In this document: positions 19,789 through 29,955 of the stretch, in pieces
Position numbering within the stretch: the first letter of the stretch is position 1
Layout of the letters: each line of letters opens with the position of its first letter
NCBI GenBank assembly: GCA_045545875.1
Contig: JAZQBS010000123.1
Span: 3,112-67,111 of the forward strand
DNA from: Bacteroidales bacterium
GTDB taxonomy: Bacteria; Bacteroidota; Bacteroidia; Bacteroidales; UBA3663
Length of the DNA: 64,000 nt
Direction of reading: 5' to 3'
Made by a program: the position numbers and the translations under genes
The notes under the pieces: model-generated
Databases searched by the model: none
Told to the model about the DNA's origin: nothing
What the model saw: the letters and a program-made list of their open reading frames with translations, nothing else

Positions 19789-20199
19789 TCAATTGTCTTT
19801 ATTGGCTTGCAAGGCTATACTTGGAACTCGTTCACCAGTTACGACATCATATTGACCGATCTCGATTTCGGGATGATTCTTGTCGATAGAAAATACGCGT
19901 CCCATGACGGCATTGCCATTGCTGTCGTTAACCTTGACCTTATAGGTACCCTCTTCGCGAATATTAAACTTGAACATGTCGTTTCCCTTTACTTCGCTGA
20001 ATGCCACGAAATCACGATTTCCATTCGATAGGCGATAAAGTTCGACGTTATATGTCTTGTTCAACTTCTTGCGGCTCGTACTTGTCAGGCTGCCTGAAAC
20101 CTCGTAGTTCTGCTGGGCATCATTGGTCTGAGCCTTTACTTCGTTACCACACACTGTCATCATTACGATGCTGAACATGATTGCAAAAATCTTTTTCAT
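19789..20199 (-). CDS. Small secreted hypothetical protein (beta-sandwich-like)
   Basis: Signal peptide MKKIFAIMFSIVMMTVCGNEVKAQ, EEGTYKVKV; directly upstream of LytS/LytTR. Confidence 0.7.
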   Translation of the reverse strand: MKKIFAIMFSIVMMTVCGNEVKAQTNDAQQNYEVSGSLTSTSRKKLNKTYNVELYRLSNGNRDFVAFSEVKGNDMFKFNIREEGTYKVKVNDSNGNAVMGRVFSIDKNHPEIEIGQYDVVTGERVPSIALQANKDN

Positions 20200-20277
20200 A
20201 ATTGTTTTATTTTTTATTGTTAATACTGTTGTTCTTGTCTTTTGACACTGCAAAGATGAGACAAAAACGGCAGATAT

Positions 20278-20324
20278 AAAAAAGGATTTCGACGAAATAC
20301 CGTAGTATTTTCGACGAAATCCTT
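20278..20324 (-). terminator. Hairpin terminator of the DUF3826 gene, overlapping TCGACGAAAT direct repeats
   Basis: AAGGATTTCG/CGAAATCCTT stem plus U-run on the minus strand. Confidence 0.6.
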
Positions 20325-20356
20325 CATTTCGATGTTTTCTTCGATGAAAAGGCTTC

Positions 20357-21031
20357 TCAAAGTGTTCCTCCCCGAGCCTTCACGCGCTCTTCCCAAGCCT
20401 TGCGTTCCTGGGAGATGTCGTAGCCTCGGGCAGAAAGGTAGTTGTTGATGCGGCCCTTGTACTTGTTGAAGACCTCGTGCTTCTTGTTCGACGACTCGGC
20501 ATCAATGGCCAGGTCGCGCGCTTCGCAAAGCCAGGCATACATCTGTGCCTTCTCCTCGTCGGTCAGGCTGGGAATCATGTCGCAATAGGCATCGTAGGTC
20601 ACCTGCACCTTGTTGTAGGTCATGGCATCGAAGATGGCGATGATCTGCTCATGACTGAGATAAATACCCAGATTGGCAGGGAAGGCAAAGTGACTGCGGT
20701 AGAGCTTGCTGTCGCAAGCCGCACGCGCAGCATCGATTGCACGGTTCTTCTCATCACCTGTCAAGGTGCGTTTCGCCTGATTGATGAGCGTGTCGCGCTC
20801 GGCATAAATGTCGTTCAGCTCGAAATAACGATTGATGACCAGATTACGCACATTGGTCTTTGCCGGTTCCGAAAGCTCCAGGCCGGAGATGTTCTTCTCG
20901 CTGCGTGAGGTGATGGATGCAACGTATGCAGAATCGCGGCCTTCGCCTTTCACTTCGACAGTCTGTGCATATATATTATTATATAATGTACACGCGAGAA
21001 GCGCGAGGGTGATTGAAAGGACCTTTTGCAT
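20357..21031 (-). CDS. DUF3826-like secreted helical protein
   Basis: Signal peptide; MTYNKVQVTYDAYCDMIPSLT, EARDLAIDAESS, FNKYKGRINNYLSARGYD. Confidence 0.8.
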   Translation of the reverse strand: MQKVLSITLALLACTLYNNIYAQTVEVKGEGRDSAYVASITSRSEKNISGLELSEPAKTNVRNLVINRYFELNDIYAERDTLINQAKRTLTGDEKNRAIDAARAACDSKLYRSHFAFPANLGIYLSHEQIIAIFDAMTYNKVQVTYDAYCDMIPSLTDEEKAQMYAWLCEARDLAIDAESSNKKHEVFNKYKGRINNYLSARGYDISQERKAWEERVKARGGTL

Positions 21032-21094
21032 GATAAATGAGGAGTTTGTGGAAATGAATGTGAGATAATGGGAAGTGAAGGAAGAAAATGGGAG

Positions 21095-21122
21095 TTAGCG
21101 CTACTTCAGCTAACCCCCATTT
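21095..21122 (-). terminator. Terminator after susD
   Basis: AAAATGGGAGTTAGC/GCTAACCCCCATTTT inverted repeat; the left arm begins about 10 nt before the stated start. Confidence 0.6.
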
Positions 21123-21138
21123 ACATTATTCCAAGAAA

Positions 21139-23340
21139 TTAGTTGGCAAGAGGATCGAAAGTGCCATTGGCACCACCCTGGTTGTAGTCTTCCCAACCGA
21201 TTGTCTGCTGCAAACCGGCATCTGAAGCTTGAGCCGCCTGTGGAAGGCCGAGGAAATAGTACTTGGCAAAGAAGTGCATGTATTCCTCCATGTGGTCGCT
21301 GGTGTAGGAGTCGCCTTTCTTGGTCTTTCGAACCAGGAACTCTGAGTAGAAGTTCTTCATTGCCTTGCACTGGTCGGCCAGATCGTAGCGAAGGTCGATG
21401 GCAGCGGGACGGCTGATCTCCTGGTCGTTGAGTTCGAACACGAGCGGGTCGTCGTTGATGGTTGTGCCACCAAGACCCTGCTTGACGGTCTCTTCGCTTA
21501 CGCGGAACTCCATATTCTCACGACGCTGGCCATTGAGAGGCTTGAAGCCAAGGTAGGTGCAGGTGTTGCCACCCCAACCGGTGAGCGCCCATGACGAAGG
21601 AGCTCCATTGATCTCGGAGACATTGGCACCGCCATCGAAAAGCATCCAGCGGCGCAAGTCATCGAAGCGCTTGCCCTCGTAGGCAAGTTCAATCTGACGC
21701 TCGTAGAGCACTGCTGACAGACAGGCTGCCTGATCGCTTGAAAGATTGGCGTCGAGTCCGCAATCGCCCGTGTAGCCTACACGACGACGAATCTGGCGCA
21801 ACAGCTCGACGGCCTCGCCCATCTTGCCGGCTCCAGCTGCAGCCTCAGCAAGGTTGAGCAGCACTTCGGCATAGCGAATCTCGATATAGGGAGCAGCCGA
21901 ATAGGTGAAGCCCGAAACTGTGGTCGAAGCAGTCCAGTTGTAGAGTGGAGACGGATTCACGTCGGCATCATCCGAACGCTTGCGCACGTACATGCCCTTC
22001 ACGTTGGCCAGCAGGTTTTCGGCGCCATAGGTGTTGCCCGATTCGATGTTGTCACGTTCTTCTGCCGTATTGTACCAGACGTAGTTCCAAAGCTCGTAAT
22101 CGGCACCCTTGTTATAGCTCGGGTTATTGGGGTCGGCCTGTGTGGCATCACCGTTGAAGGCCCAGCGCACACCCGGGAAAGCGAAGGTGCGATAGAATCG
22201 GGGATCACGATTCATGAACGGGTAATTGGGATTGTAGGCATAATCCGAAGCCTGCAGCTTGGAGTAGGTGTTGCAGGATGAAGGACGGCGACCATCGGCC
22301 ATCGGGAACATATCGACCATCATGGCCGAAGGATTCAGGCCTGAGCCCGAGGCGTTCTTCGGACGGATCGAGCGCTCCCATGTGGAGTTCTTCTGCGTAT
22401 CGCCCGTCTGGATGGTGTTGTAGTTGGTCTGGAAGACCGACTCACAGCTGCGGGTCTGCGAGAAGACAGCGGCAAAGGCAGCTGCATTGGCACCACTGGC
22501 CTCATAGAGTCCATAACCGCACTTCTGTATCTTGGCCAAGTCAGCATTCATCTCATTGTAGGCATTGGTCCAGCGGCTCTCATCGCCAGTGCGGTTGAAG
22601 AGAGGACTTGCCCAAAGCAGGAGCACACGGCCCTTGAGCGCCAATGCTGTGCCCGTGGTGATGCGGCCCCAATCGTCAGCCGAGCGCCAGCCTCCGTTGA
22701 GTGTGGCTGCCTCAAGCATATCGGCTGACTTTTGAAGGTCGCTGAGGATAAATTCTATACACTCGCGTGCACTGTTGCGCGGATACTGTGTGCCTTCGAC
22801 AGGCTCTTCGACAGTAGTCATGATGGGCACACCACCGTACCACTTCACGAGCTGATAGAAGCACCATGCGCGGAAGAAATATACCTGGCCCAGGAACATG
22901 TCCTTATCTTCCTGTTCGAGCGATCCGCCCTCGATGCCCTGGATGACATCGTTGATGTTACGGATACGACCCCAAACGGATGCCTGAATATTGTTCGAGC
23001 TGTAGTGGAAATAATCGGGCACGCTATTGCCGCCCATCACCGACAGCTCGTTGTCGGGATGCACAAAGGCACTGAACCCCGAATATTCCTCGGTCGATTT
23101 CGACTGGTCGTCAGCGCCACCCGTGCTATTATACTTCCAGTTGGCACCGCTCGTCACATCGGGCAGACACCAGCTGTAGACATCGCTGACGCGGGCATTG
23201 CAGCCTGTGTAGTAATTATAGATATCGACGTTGACATTATCGTAGTTCTTCTTCTCCTCAAGGAACGAGTCGCTGCACGAAGACAGGGCTACTGCCGCGA
23301 GGGCGAGGAGGCTGAAGAGACGGATATTTTGATTCTTCAT
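21139..23340 (-). CDS. susD: RagB/SusD family lipoprotein
   Basis: Lipobox LSSC, GQVYFFRAW, KWYGGVPI, RDPRF, IRYAEVLLNLAEA, ERQIELAYEGKRFDDLRRW. Confidence 0.95.
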   Translation of the reverse strand: MKNQNIRLFSLLALAAVALSSCSDSFLEEKKNYDNVNVDIYNYYTGCNARVSDVYSWCLPDVTSGANWKYNSTGGADDQSKSTEEYSGFSAFVHPDNELSVMGGNSVPDYFHYSSNNIQASVWGRIRNINDVIQGIEGGSLEQEDKDMFLGQVYFFRAWCFYQLVKWYGGVPIMTTVEEPVEGTQYPRNSARECIEFILSDLQKSADMLEAATLNGGWRSADDWGRITTGTALALKGRVLLLWASPLFNRTGDESRWTNAYNEMNADLAKIQKCGYGLYEASGANAAAFAAVFSQTRSCESVFQTNYNTIQTGDTQKNSTWERSIRPKNASGSGLNPSAMMVDMFPMADGRRPSSCNTYSKLQASDYAYNPNYPFMNRDPRFYRTFAFPGVRWAFNGDATQADPNNPSYNKGADYELWNYVWYNTAEERDNIESGNTYGAENLLANVKGMYVRKRSDDADVNPSPLYNWTASTTVSGFTYSAAPYIEIRYAEVLLNLAEAAAGAGKMGEAVELLRQIRRRVGYTGDCGLDANLSSDQAACLSAVLYERQIELAYEGKRFDDLRRWMLFDGGANVSEINGAPSSWALTGWGGNTCTYLGFKPLNGQRRENMEFRVSEETVKQGLGGTTINDDPLVFELNDQEISRPAAIDLRYDLADQCKAMKNFYSEFLVRKTKKGDSYTSDHMEEYMHFFAKYYFLGLPQAAQASDAGLQQTIGWEDYNQGGANGTFDPLAN

Positions 23341-23374
23341 AATTTGTTTTCGTTTTAGTTATCGTTATTTCGGA

Positions 23375-26300
23375 TTAGAAGCTCAGACTAAGACCAAAGG
23401 TCCACTTGCGAAGATTCGGGTAGGAGCCGTAGCCGCCTGCCATCTTGTCGATGTAATGGTCGGGATAAGGATTGTAGAACGAAATGAGGTTCTGGCCCGT
23501 TACGTTGATGCGGATACCATCGATGCCCATCTTCTTGACCCAGTCCTTGGGAAGTGAGTAGGCAAGGGTGAGGCGATTCAGGCGGACATCCGTGTTGCTG
23601 ATGCGCCAGAATGTCGATGTGGTGGCATTCACACTGGAGTAGGCAAGGTTCGGGTATTTGGCTTCGCGATTGGCAGCCACCACGACGTTGCCCGAAGCAT
23701 CGCGCACATCCTGGTAGGCATACATATCGTCGGGATTCCAGAACGAAGGCATGTTGGTGTAGTCAAGACCGTCGCCCGGCTTGAGGGCTGCCGACGGGAT
23801 GGTGCTGTAGCTGCCCCACGATGCCGAAACCTGTCCGGTGATGGCGAGGCTCTTCCACTCCAGTGAGAAGTTGGTCGTGAAGCCCCATGGGTTGCTCGAG
23901 CGTGTCGAGATCTGCACCTGGTCGTTGTCCTTATCGACGATGCCGTCGGGAGCTGCATAGCTGCCGTCGGCCTGCTGAGGTCCGCGCACATCCTTATAGA
24001 TGAGCATGCCGGGCTTCACCTGATCCTTGCTCATACCAAGGTAACTGGTGATGCCGAAGCGGTCGAAGTATTCGTCGATGTCCTGATAACTGCGGAACAT
24101 ACCCAGGCACTGCAGACCCCAGAGGCCCACATCGGAACGCTTGTTGCGCTGCATCTGACGGTAGATGTACTCCGTAGCCCAGTCGATGTAGAGCACCTTG
24201 TTGTCGCTGTAGCCGGTATTGATGCCGATCTTGTACTTCCAGTCCTTGCCGATCTTGTCCTTCCAGTTGAGCGAGAGCTCGACACCGTAGTTGTCCATCT
24301 CACCCAGGTTGAGGGCAGCCGTCTGTGTACCGATGACGGTCGAGACGGACTTGTTGAGGTTGAGCAGCATCTCGCGGTTCCAGGTGTAGTAGGCATCGAT
24401 GTTGATGCCGAGACGGTTTTGGAACGTATTGAAGTCGATACCGATGTTGCCCTTGTACGACTTGTCCCAATGGACGTCGCGGTTCACGGCCGAGTTGTTC
24501 TTGTTGATGGTGATGCGGTTAAGCGTCTCCTGATTGGTGCCTGTGCCGAAGGCTGGGCCGCGGTTGGCATCCTGTGCATAGACCTGCATCCACTGCCAAG
24601 CCGCCGTATTGTCACGACCGGTCAAGCCGAACGAAGCACGGAGCTTCAGGTAATCGATGCCGGGACGGTCGGCCAACCAGGACTCCTTGGAGAGTACCCA
24701 ACCGATAGAGGCCGATGGGAACGTGCCCCAATGGTTCTCGGGAGCAAACTTGGTGGAAGCGTCCGCACGGAGCAGGAACTCAAGCAGATACTTGTCAGCA
24801 TAAGCGTAGTTGGCTCTGCCGATATAGGAAAGGGTTCCCGATTCGGCGCGGGTGAAGGTTGGGATCTTGGTGTTGGCCTCAGCCGAATTGGACTGCTTGG
24901 TCGTGAAGGGATAAGGTTCGCTGACGTAACCATAGAGATACTCGTTCTCGGCCTCACTACGCTCTATCGAGAAGAGGGCGCCCACATGGTGTTTGCCGAA
25001 GTCACGGTTGTAGGAGACGTTGAAGTTGACCTGGTAATTGTCGGTGCGGTTGGAGTTGCGCGACAGGAACGAAGGCGAACCATTCGAAATGGTCATGGGA
25101 GTGAAGTTATCCATTGCGAGCACCACATCATCACCGTAGCCGGCACCCGTCGGAGTGTAGAGGTGCGAACCCGAACCGTAGCGGTTGTGGAGCGTATAGA
25201 TGGTATAGTCCGTGCCGTACTGGTTGGTCTTGCTGTTGTTGATGCTCTTCGAATAGGTGAAGCGGGCGGTAAGGCCCTTCAAAGGTTTCCAGAATCCGAA
25301 GTCGAGGTCAAGGCTGCCGCTGAAGGTTGTGTTGTTGTTGACCGTTTCGCTGAAATCACCATTGTCCTGGAGAGTGTTGAACGAATAGTACTGGTCACTG
25401 TTCACCGAAGAGTTGGTGGGGCCATAGGATGCAATGGGTTTGCCATCGACCTCCTCAGGAATATAATAAGGATGGGTGAGCAGCAGGTTATAGTCCTTCT
25501 CACTGCTTGTGCCGCCTACCTTCACGAGAGGTGTTTTCTTGGAGCCATTGTCACCGCTGACGGTAAGGTTGGCCCTTACCCAGTTGCCAAGTTTCACATC
25601 GACACCGGCACGATAGTTCCAACGGCTGTAGTCAAGTCGGCCAAGGTTACCATCCTGGTCGAAGTAGCTGAGGCCGGCGAAATAGGAGGCACGATCCGTG
25701 GCGCCGCTGACGTTGACCGAATGTTTCTGTGTGAAAGCCGAACTCCAATACTTGTCGAGCAGGTCATAATTGAGTCCCTGCATGGCAGCAAGCTCATCGG
25801 CCTGGAAGAGGTCGGTCAGACGGTTGAGCGTCGTGTTCTTGGGGTCAGCAGCTTTCACGGCATTCCACAAGCGACCATAATTATAGGCTGAAAGCATCTT
25901 CGGACGAGCCACTTCGTCGGTAACACCCACCGAGCCCGAGTAGCTGATCTTCGGAGCACCCTGCTGGCCCTTCTTGGTGGTAACAAGGATAACACCATTG
26001 GCAGCACGCGCACCATAGACAGCAGCAGCGGCATCCTTCAGCACGGAAATCGATTCGATGACGCTTGGGTCGAGGTTGTTGAAGGCAGTAGCACCGAGGT
26101 TCTCGGTAGTATTACCCACCTTCACGTCATTCGGATAGATATAGCCGTCGATGACGTAAAGAGGCTCCTGAGCCGTCACGCCCACATCGCCGAGCGTATT
26201 GGTGTCACGAATCTTGATGGTGGCATTCTCGCCTGGACGAGCATCACCACCACTCACGCTCACACCATTGACCATACCGCTGAGGGTAGAAGCAAGGCCA

Positions 26301-26710
26301 CCGCTCGAAAGGTCCTGGATGTCGTCCATCTGTACCGTAGCAACAGCACCGGTGAGGTGAGCCTTCTTCTGTACGCCGTAACCAACGACTACCACGTCTT
26401 CGAGCTGTTGGGCATCCTCCTTGAGGACGACCTGCTTGGTGTCACTGGGCACGGTTTCGGTAATATATCCGAGGAACATCACCTTGAGGGTTGATTTCTC
26501 GGGGGCCTGAATCACGTAATTACCGTCGATGTCGGTAATGGTTCCTGTTGTGGTTCCCACGACTTGAACGGTTGCGCCAATGATGGGTTCTCCCAACTCA
26601 TCCACTACAGTACCCTTGACTGTACGGTTCGCCTGAGCCATGACCGAAATGGTCAGAAGGCTGCAGACAACTGGCAAAAGTATTCTTCTGATTGCGCTTT
26701 TCATAATCAT
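23375..26710 (-). CDS. susC: SusC/RagA TonB-dependent transporter
   Basis: GTITDIDGNY, VVVVGYGVQKK, PLYVIDG, ISVLKDAAAAVYGARAANGVILVTTKKG, terminal LSLSF. Confidence 0.97.
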   Translation of the reverse strand: MIMKSAIRRILLPVVCSLLTISVMAQANRTVKGTVVDELGEPIIGATVQVVGTTTGTITDIDGNYVIQAPEKSTLKVMFLGYITETVPSDTKQVVLKEDAQQLEDVVVVGYGVQKKAHLTGAVATVQMDDIQDLSSGGLASTLSGMVNGVSVSGGDARPGENATIKIRDTNTLGDVGVTAQEPLYVIDGYIYPNDVKVGNTTENLGATAFNNLDPSVIESISVLKDAAAAVYGARAANGVILVTTKKGQQGAPKISYSGSVGVTDEVARPKMLSAYNYGRLWNAVKAADPKNTTLNRLTDLFQADELAAMQGLNYDLLDKYWSSAFTQKHSVNVSGATDRASYFAGLSYFDQDGNLGRLDYSRWNYRAGVDVKLGNWVRANLTVSGDNGSKKTPLVKVGGTSSEKDYNLLLTHPYYIPEEVDGKPIASYGPTNSSVNSDQYYSFNTLQDNGDFSETVNNNTTFSGSLDLDFGFWKPLKGLTARFTYSKSINNSKTNQYGTDYTIYTLHNRYGSGSHLYTPTGAGYGDDVVLAMDNFTPMTISNGSPSFLSRNSNRTDNYQVNFNVSYNRDFGKHHVGALFSIERSEAENEYLYGYVSEPYPFTTKQSNSAEANTKIPTFTRAESGTLSYIGRANYAYADKYLLEFLLRADASTKFAPENHWGTFPSASIGWVLSKESWLADRPGIDYLKLRASFGLTGRDNTAAWQWMQVYAQDANRGPAFGTGTNQETLNRITINKNNSAVNRDVHWDKSYKGNIGIDFNTFQNRLGINIDAYYTWNREMLLNLNKSVSTVIGTQTAALNLGEMDNYGVELSLNWKDKIGKDWKYKIGINTGYSDNKVLYIDWATEYIYRQMQRNKRSDVGLWGLQCLGMFRSYQDIDEYFDRFGITSYLGMSKDQVKPGMLIYKDVRGPQQADGSYAAPDGIVDKDNDQVQISTRSSNPWGFTTNFSLEWKSLAITGQVSASWGSYSTIPSAALKPGDGLDYTNMPSFWNPDDMYAYQDVRDASGNVVVAANREAKYPNLAYSSVNATTSTFWRISNTDVRLNRLTLAYSLPKDWVKKMGIDGIRINVTGQNLISFYNPYPDHYIDKMAGGYGSYPNLRKWTFGLSLSF

Positions 26711-28179
26711 TCAAAGTATCGTGGGTCACCAAACTGCTTCGAAACAGCTATGCCCTTGGTTGGGGTAAAATAGGACTTCAAACCATAGTAGGGGTCACCA
26801 AAGTTGATAGCCGAAGAAGAAGGCATAGTCATACCGGGGTCATCTTCGGTAGCATACTTGGCCTTGTCGGTGGCATCCACTTCGTTGCTGACACCCCAGA
26901 TCACGTTGTCATCGACCGAGAAATCTGCGGTGTTGTTGCGGATGGCTTTCTGAAGAAGATAGGTATCGTAGAAGACATTCTTCTTCAAGGTGAAAGTGGT
27001 ACCGCTCTGGGGATAGTTGTTGGCCCAGTGCGCGCCGGAAAGCATACGCACGAAGGTGCTGTTCTGTACTGTCACGCCGCCTCTGCCTGCATAGGCGGGG
27101 CCATAGATCTTCTGCGGTGTAGCGTTCGAAGCATTAGAGAGACGAAGGAAGTATCCGCTGGCATTCTCCTGAAGGTTGTAGAGGGTACTGTTGGCAACGG
27201 TGAAGTTGAGGATAGTTCCCGTCGAAGCGCCATACATGCTGATGAAAGCAGGACTGCTGTTGTAGTCAGCCTCCACTACACAGTTGTTGATGGTGAGATT
27301 AGTAAGTGCCCAGTTGGCCTTGCTGCCGCTGAAAAGGCTGCCCTTGACCTCGCGGAAGATGCAATCCTTGAGGATGACATCGCCATCGAGGAAATAGACT
27401 TTCTGAGTGCCGCCATACTTAGCCTGCCAAGTCGGCTGGTCGTAGTAAAGCGAAGCATCAGGATTTGGGTCGAGGCTGATGGGGGCAGCTGTGGTGTTCT
27501 CGCAATCGAAGTTGAGGAACTTCACGGTCAATGGAGCCTGTGTGGTAATGCAGGCCTTGTCCTTCAGGACGATGGTGGCATGAGAATTCTTATCACTGCG
27601 AAGCTGAACGGGCTGCAGGCCGAATGCGACTGTATCACTCACCTCATAGGTTGCACCTGCCTCCAACTCGAAGGCCTGTACATCCTGGGTTCCTGTCTTC
27701 AAATTAGCCTTCACAAAGGCGGCCAGGTCCTGGCCACGAGGCACGATGACAGCAGCCACGAGGGTGGTGTAGTCGTTATAGATCAGGACATCGGAAGCCG
27801 AGTTGCCCAACTTCTCATTGGCCATGGTCTGAATGGAAATCTGATACTTGGTGTCTTCCTGCTGCACAAAAGTGAGAGAGCAGCCATCGACAATGCTGTC
27901 ATTGACTACGGCTATCGGGTTGGACGGGTCATCGACGATATCGACATTGACCAGATAACCACCAGCGCCATAGACCACTGGCCACGACATGACGGTGTAG
28001 GTAGCATCGGTGCTGTTCTGAGTGGTAAAGCATGAGGCATCCAATTGAGGAGCACTCAACTGCTGGTTACGCACGCCAGAATCATAGCTCTCGAGCTCTA
28101 CGCCATCAGCGCAGGAAGTGGCAACCCATGCCAACGAGACACAGGCTGCAGCCATTAAAAACTTCTTGGTGATGTACAT
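26707..28179 (-). CDS. PUL surface lipoprotein with FnIII-like and beta-helix regions (putative glycan-binding protein)
   Basis: Lipobox ATSC, SWPVVYGAGGY, beta-helix repeats (LTINNC, FTVANST), C-terminal GDPRY; abuts susC. Confidence 0.75.
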   Translation of the reverse strand: MYITKKFLMAAACVSLAWVATSCADGVELESYDSGVRNQQLSAPQLDASCFTTQNSTDATYTVMSWPVVYGAGGYLVNVDIVDDPSNPIAVVNDSIVDGCSLTFVQQEDTKYQISIQTMANEKLGNSASDVLIYNDYTTLVAAVIVPRGQDLAAFVKANLKTGTQDVQAFELEAGATYEVSDTVAFGLQPVQLRSDKNSHATIVLKDKACITTQAPLTVKFLNFDCENTTAAPISLDPNPDASLYYDQPTWQAKYGGTQKVYFLDGDVILKDCIFREVKGSLFSGSKANWALTNLTINNCVVEADYNSSPAFISMYGASTGTILNFTVANSTLYNLQENASGYFLRLSNASNATPQKIYGPAYAGRGGVTVQNSTFVRMLSGAHWANNYPQSGTTFTLKKNVFYDTYLLQKAIRNNTADFSVDDNVIWGVSNEVDATDKAKYATEDDPGMTMPSSSAINFGDPYYGLKSYFTPTKGIAVSKQFGDPRYFE

Positions 28180-28218
28180 AGTGTGTGATGATTTATAATA
28201 TGTGTTGAAAAGAGGGAA

Positions 28219-28260
28219 AAGACCCTTGGCGAGGGCACAGGATGTCCAGCCAAGAGTCTT
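28219..28260 (-). terminator. Intra-operon hairpin or attenuator
   Basis: AAGACCCTTGGC/GCCAAGAGTCTT imperfect stem with a weak U tail. Confidence 0.5.
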
Positions 28261-28279
28261 GTATTGTCAGATCGGACTA

Positions 28280-29758
28280 TTAACGGATTACCTTCTTGCC
28301 GTTTACGATGTAGATCTGGCCAGGAGTCATCTCGTTGACACGCTGTCCACGGAGGTTGAAGATGGCGCCATTGGCAACCACATCATTCACGATGGCTTCA
28401 ATGCCAGCGCCCTCGGGAACGGCGAGACGGATGCAGTAGAAGTTGACAGCGCCATCAGGATAGGTGATGTCGGCTGTGCCAGCCTCAACGTTGGTCTCAT
28501 GTACCTTGAAGACTTTCTTGGCAGCGCCTTCAATCTCTACCTCGACATTGCTTTCATCGAGCAGACCATTGTAGATCTCAGCCTCGTTCTGGGTAACGAC
28601 GAGAGCGCGAACCGAAGAGCTGGAAGCCGAACGAGCCATAATCTGGAGCTTGCCGGCTACTGGGATGTTGACGGTGATGAAGCTGTTGGAGCTGCTCTTG
28701 CCACCGGTCTTCAGACGAGTGGTAAACTGCTCGTAAGAGGTCTCGTTGCCGAAGTACTGCTTGTTTTCGTCTACAGTGAACTTGCCATTGTTGTCGGTGA
28801 TAACCATTGAGAAGTCACCATCAGCGTAAGATTCCTTGACCTCGGGGAAGGTGAGGGTATAATAGGTGTAGTTCACCTGTGGCTGCTCACCACCTGCGAA
28901 TGTGAACTCATAGCCACCGAAACCAATCTGTGAAGAGTCCTGGAAGAGCCAGTAGGTCTTGCCAGCCTCCACCTGAACGAAGAGGTAGCCCCAGAATGGC
29001 TGGTTGCCGGCACCAATTACGTAAGGAGCGGTATCAACGCCTTCCTCGTTCACCTTGGCTGCATTGTGGATGTCCTGAATCTCCTCAGCGGTGAGGTACT
29101 TCTTGGCATTGTAGGTCACGGTCTCGCCATTGATCACAGCTTCCTTCTGCTCGTTCTGGCCATTGATGTAGCCTTCTGCAGTGTAAGCAACAGGCTGCTT
29201 GCTCGATTCCTCAACAACGTAGGTGTTGCGGTTGCCCTTGTTCGACCAAACCTGGATCTTCAAGGTGCCATCTACCTTGGGAGTAAACTTGTAGTAAAGA
29301 CCCTGGATTGGCATCTCGTTCTTGTAGTTGCCGCCATCCTCGGGACCATAGTAAACGTAGGTTGCACGATATTCGCCAGTGGGTTCGCCATCGCGAACGA
29401 TCTCCTCAACACCCATACCTACACAAGGATTGCCTGTACCTTGTACATAGTAGAAGTAAGGAGTCTCAAGACCTTCGACATTGTCCTGAAGGTTGGTGCT
29501 CTTGGGCTGCCAGGAGATGGCATTCCATTCGGTAACAGTGCCATCGGCCAGAATAGTCTTTGGAGTTGAGCCACCAACAGCGAGCACGTCCATGTTGGCA
29601 GTGCCGAAAGAAACCTCAGACGTGCCACCGGTAATATCTCCAACGGGGAAAACAGAAGCCATAGTGCTTGCATCGATAGCAGCGACATAACTTTCTGTCT
29701 CAGCCATAACTGCGCTGCCGGTCATAAGGGCGGCAGCAAAGAGGAAAAATTTCTTCAT
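28280..29758 (-). CDS. Secreted non-catalytic beta-rich protein with T9SS-type C-terminal tail
   Basis: Signal peptide MKKFFLFAAALMTGSAVMA; tail GIEAIV...IFNLRGQRV...IYIVNGKKVIR. Confidence 0.75.
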   Translation of the reverse strand: MKKFFLFAAALMTGSAVMAETESYVAAIDASTMASVFPVGDITGGTSEVSFGTANMDVLAVGGSTPKTILADGTVTEWNAISWQPKSTNLQDNVEGLETPYFYYVQGTGNPCVGMGVEEIVRDGEPTGEYRATYVYYGPEDGGNYKNEMPIQGLYYKFTPKVDGTLKIQVWSNKGNRNTYVVEESSKQPVAYTAEGYINGQNEQKEAVINGETVTYNAKKYLTAEEIQDIHNAAKVNEEGVDTAPYVIGAGNQPFWGYLFVQVEAGKTYWLFQDSSQIGFGGYEFTFAGGEQPQVNYTYYTLTFPEVKESYADGDFSMVITDNNGKFTVDENKQYFGNETSYEQFTTRLKTGGKSSSNSFITVNIPVAGKLQIMARSASSSSVRALVVTQNEAEIYNGLLDESNVEVEIEGAAKKVFKVHETNVEAGTADITYPDGAVNFYCIRLAVPEGAGIEAIVNDVVANGAIFNLRGQRVNEMTPGQIYIVNGKKVIR

Positions 29759-29827
29759 GAGCTAAAAATTTTATATGTGGTTAGTAATATAGGTTTATTT
29801 CTTTGTGTATAAAATACTTTTGCGGTG

Positions 29828-29835
29828 CAAAGATA
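29828..29835 (-). promoter_or_regulatory. -7 box of the PUL promoter (no consensus -33 box)
   Basis: TATCTTTG 70 bp upstream of the ATG at 29758. Confidence 0.6.
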
Positions 29836-29955
29836 CAACTTTTTATTTAAAAGTAATAAAGAATTTTCGTTTTTTTATCAAAAAATTTGTCTTTTCTTGC
29901 ACTTTAGGGCAAAAACGCAGTGTTTTTGCCCATTTTTTTGTGAAAATAGATAGAC

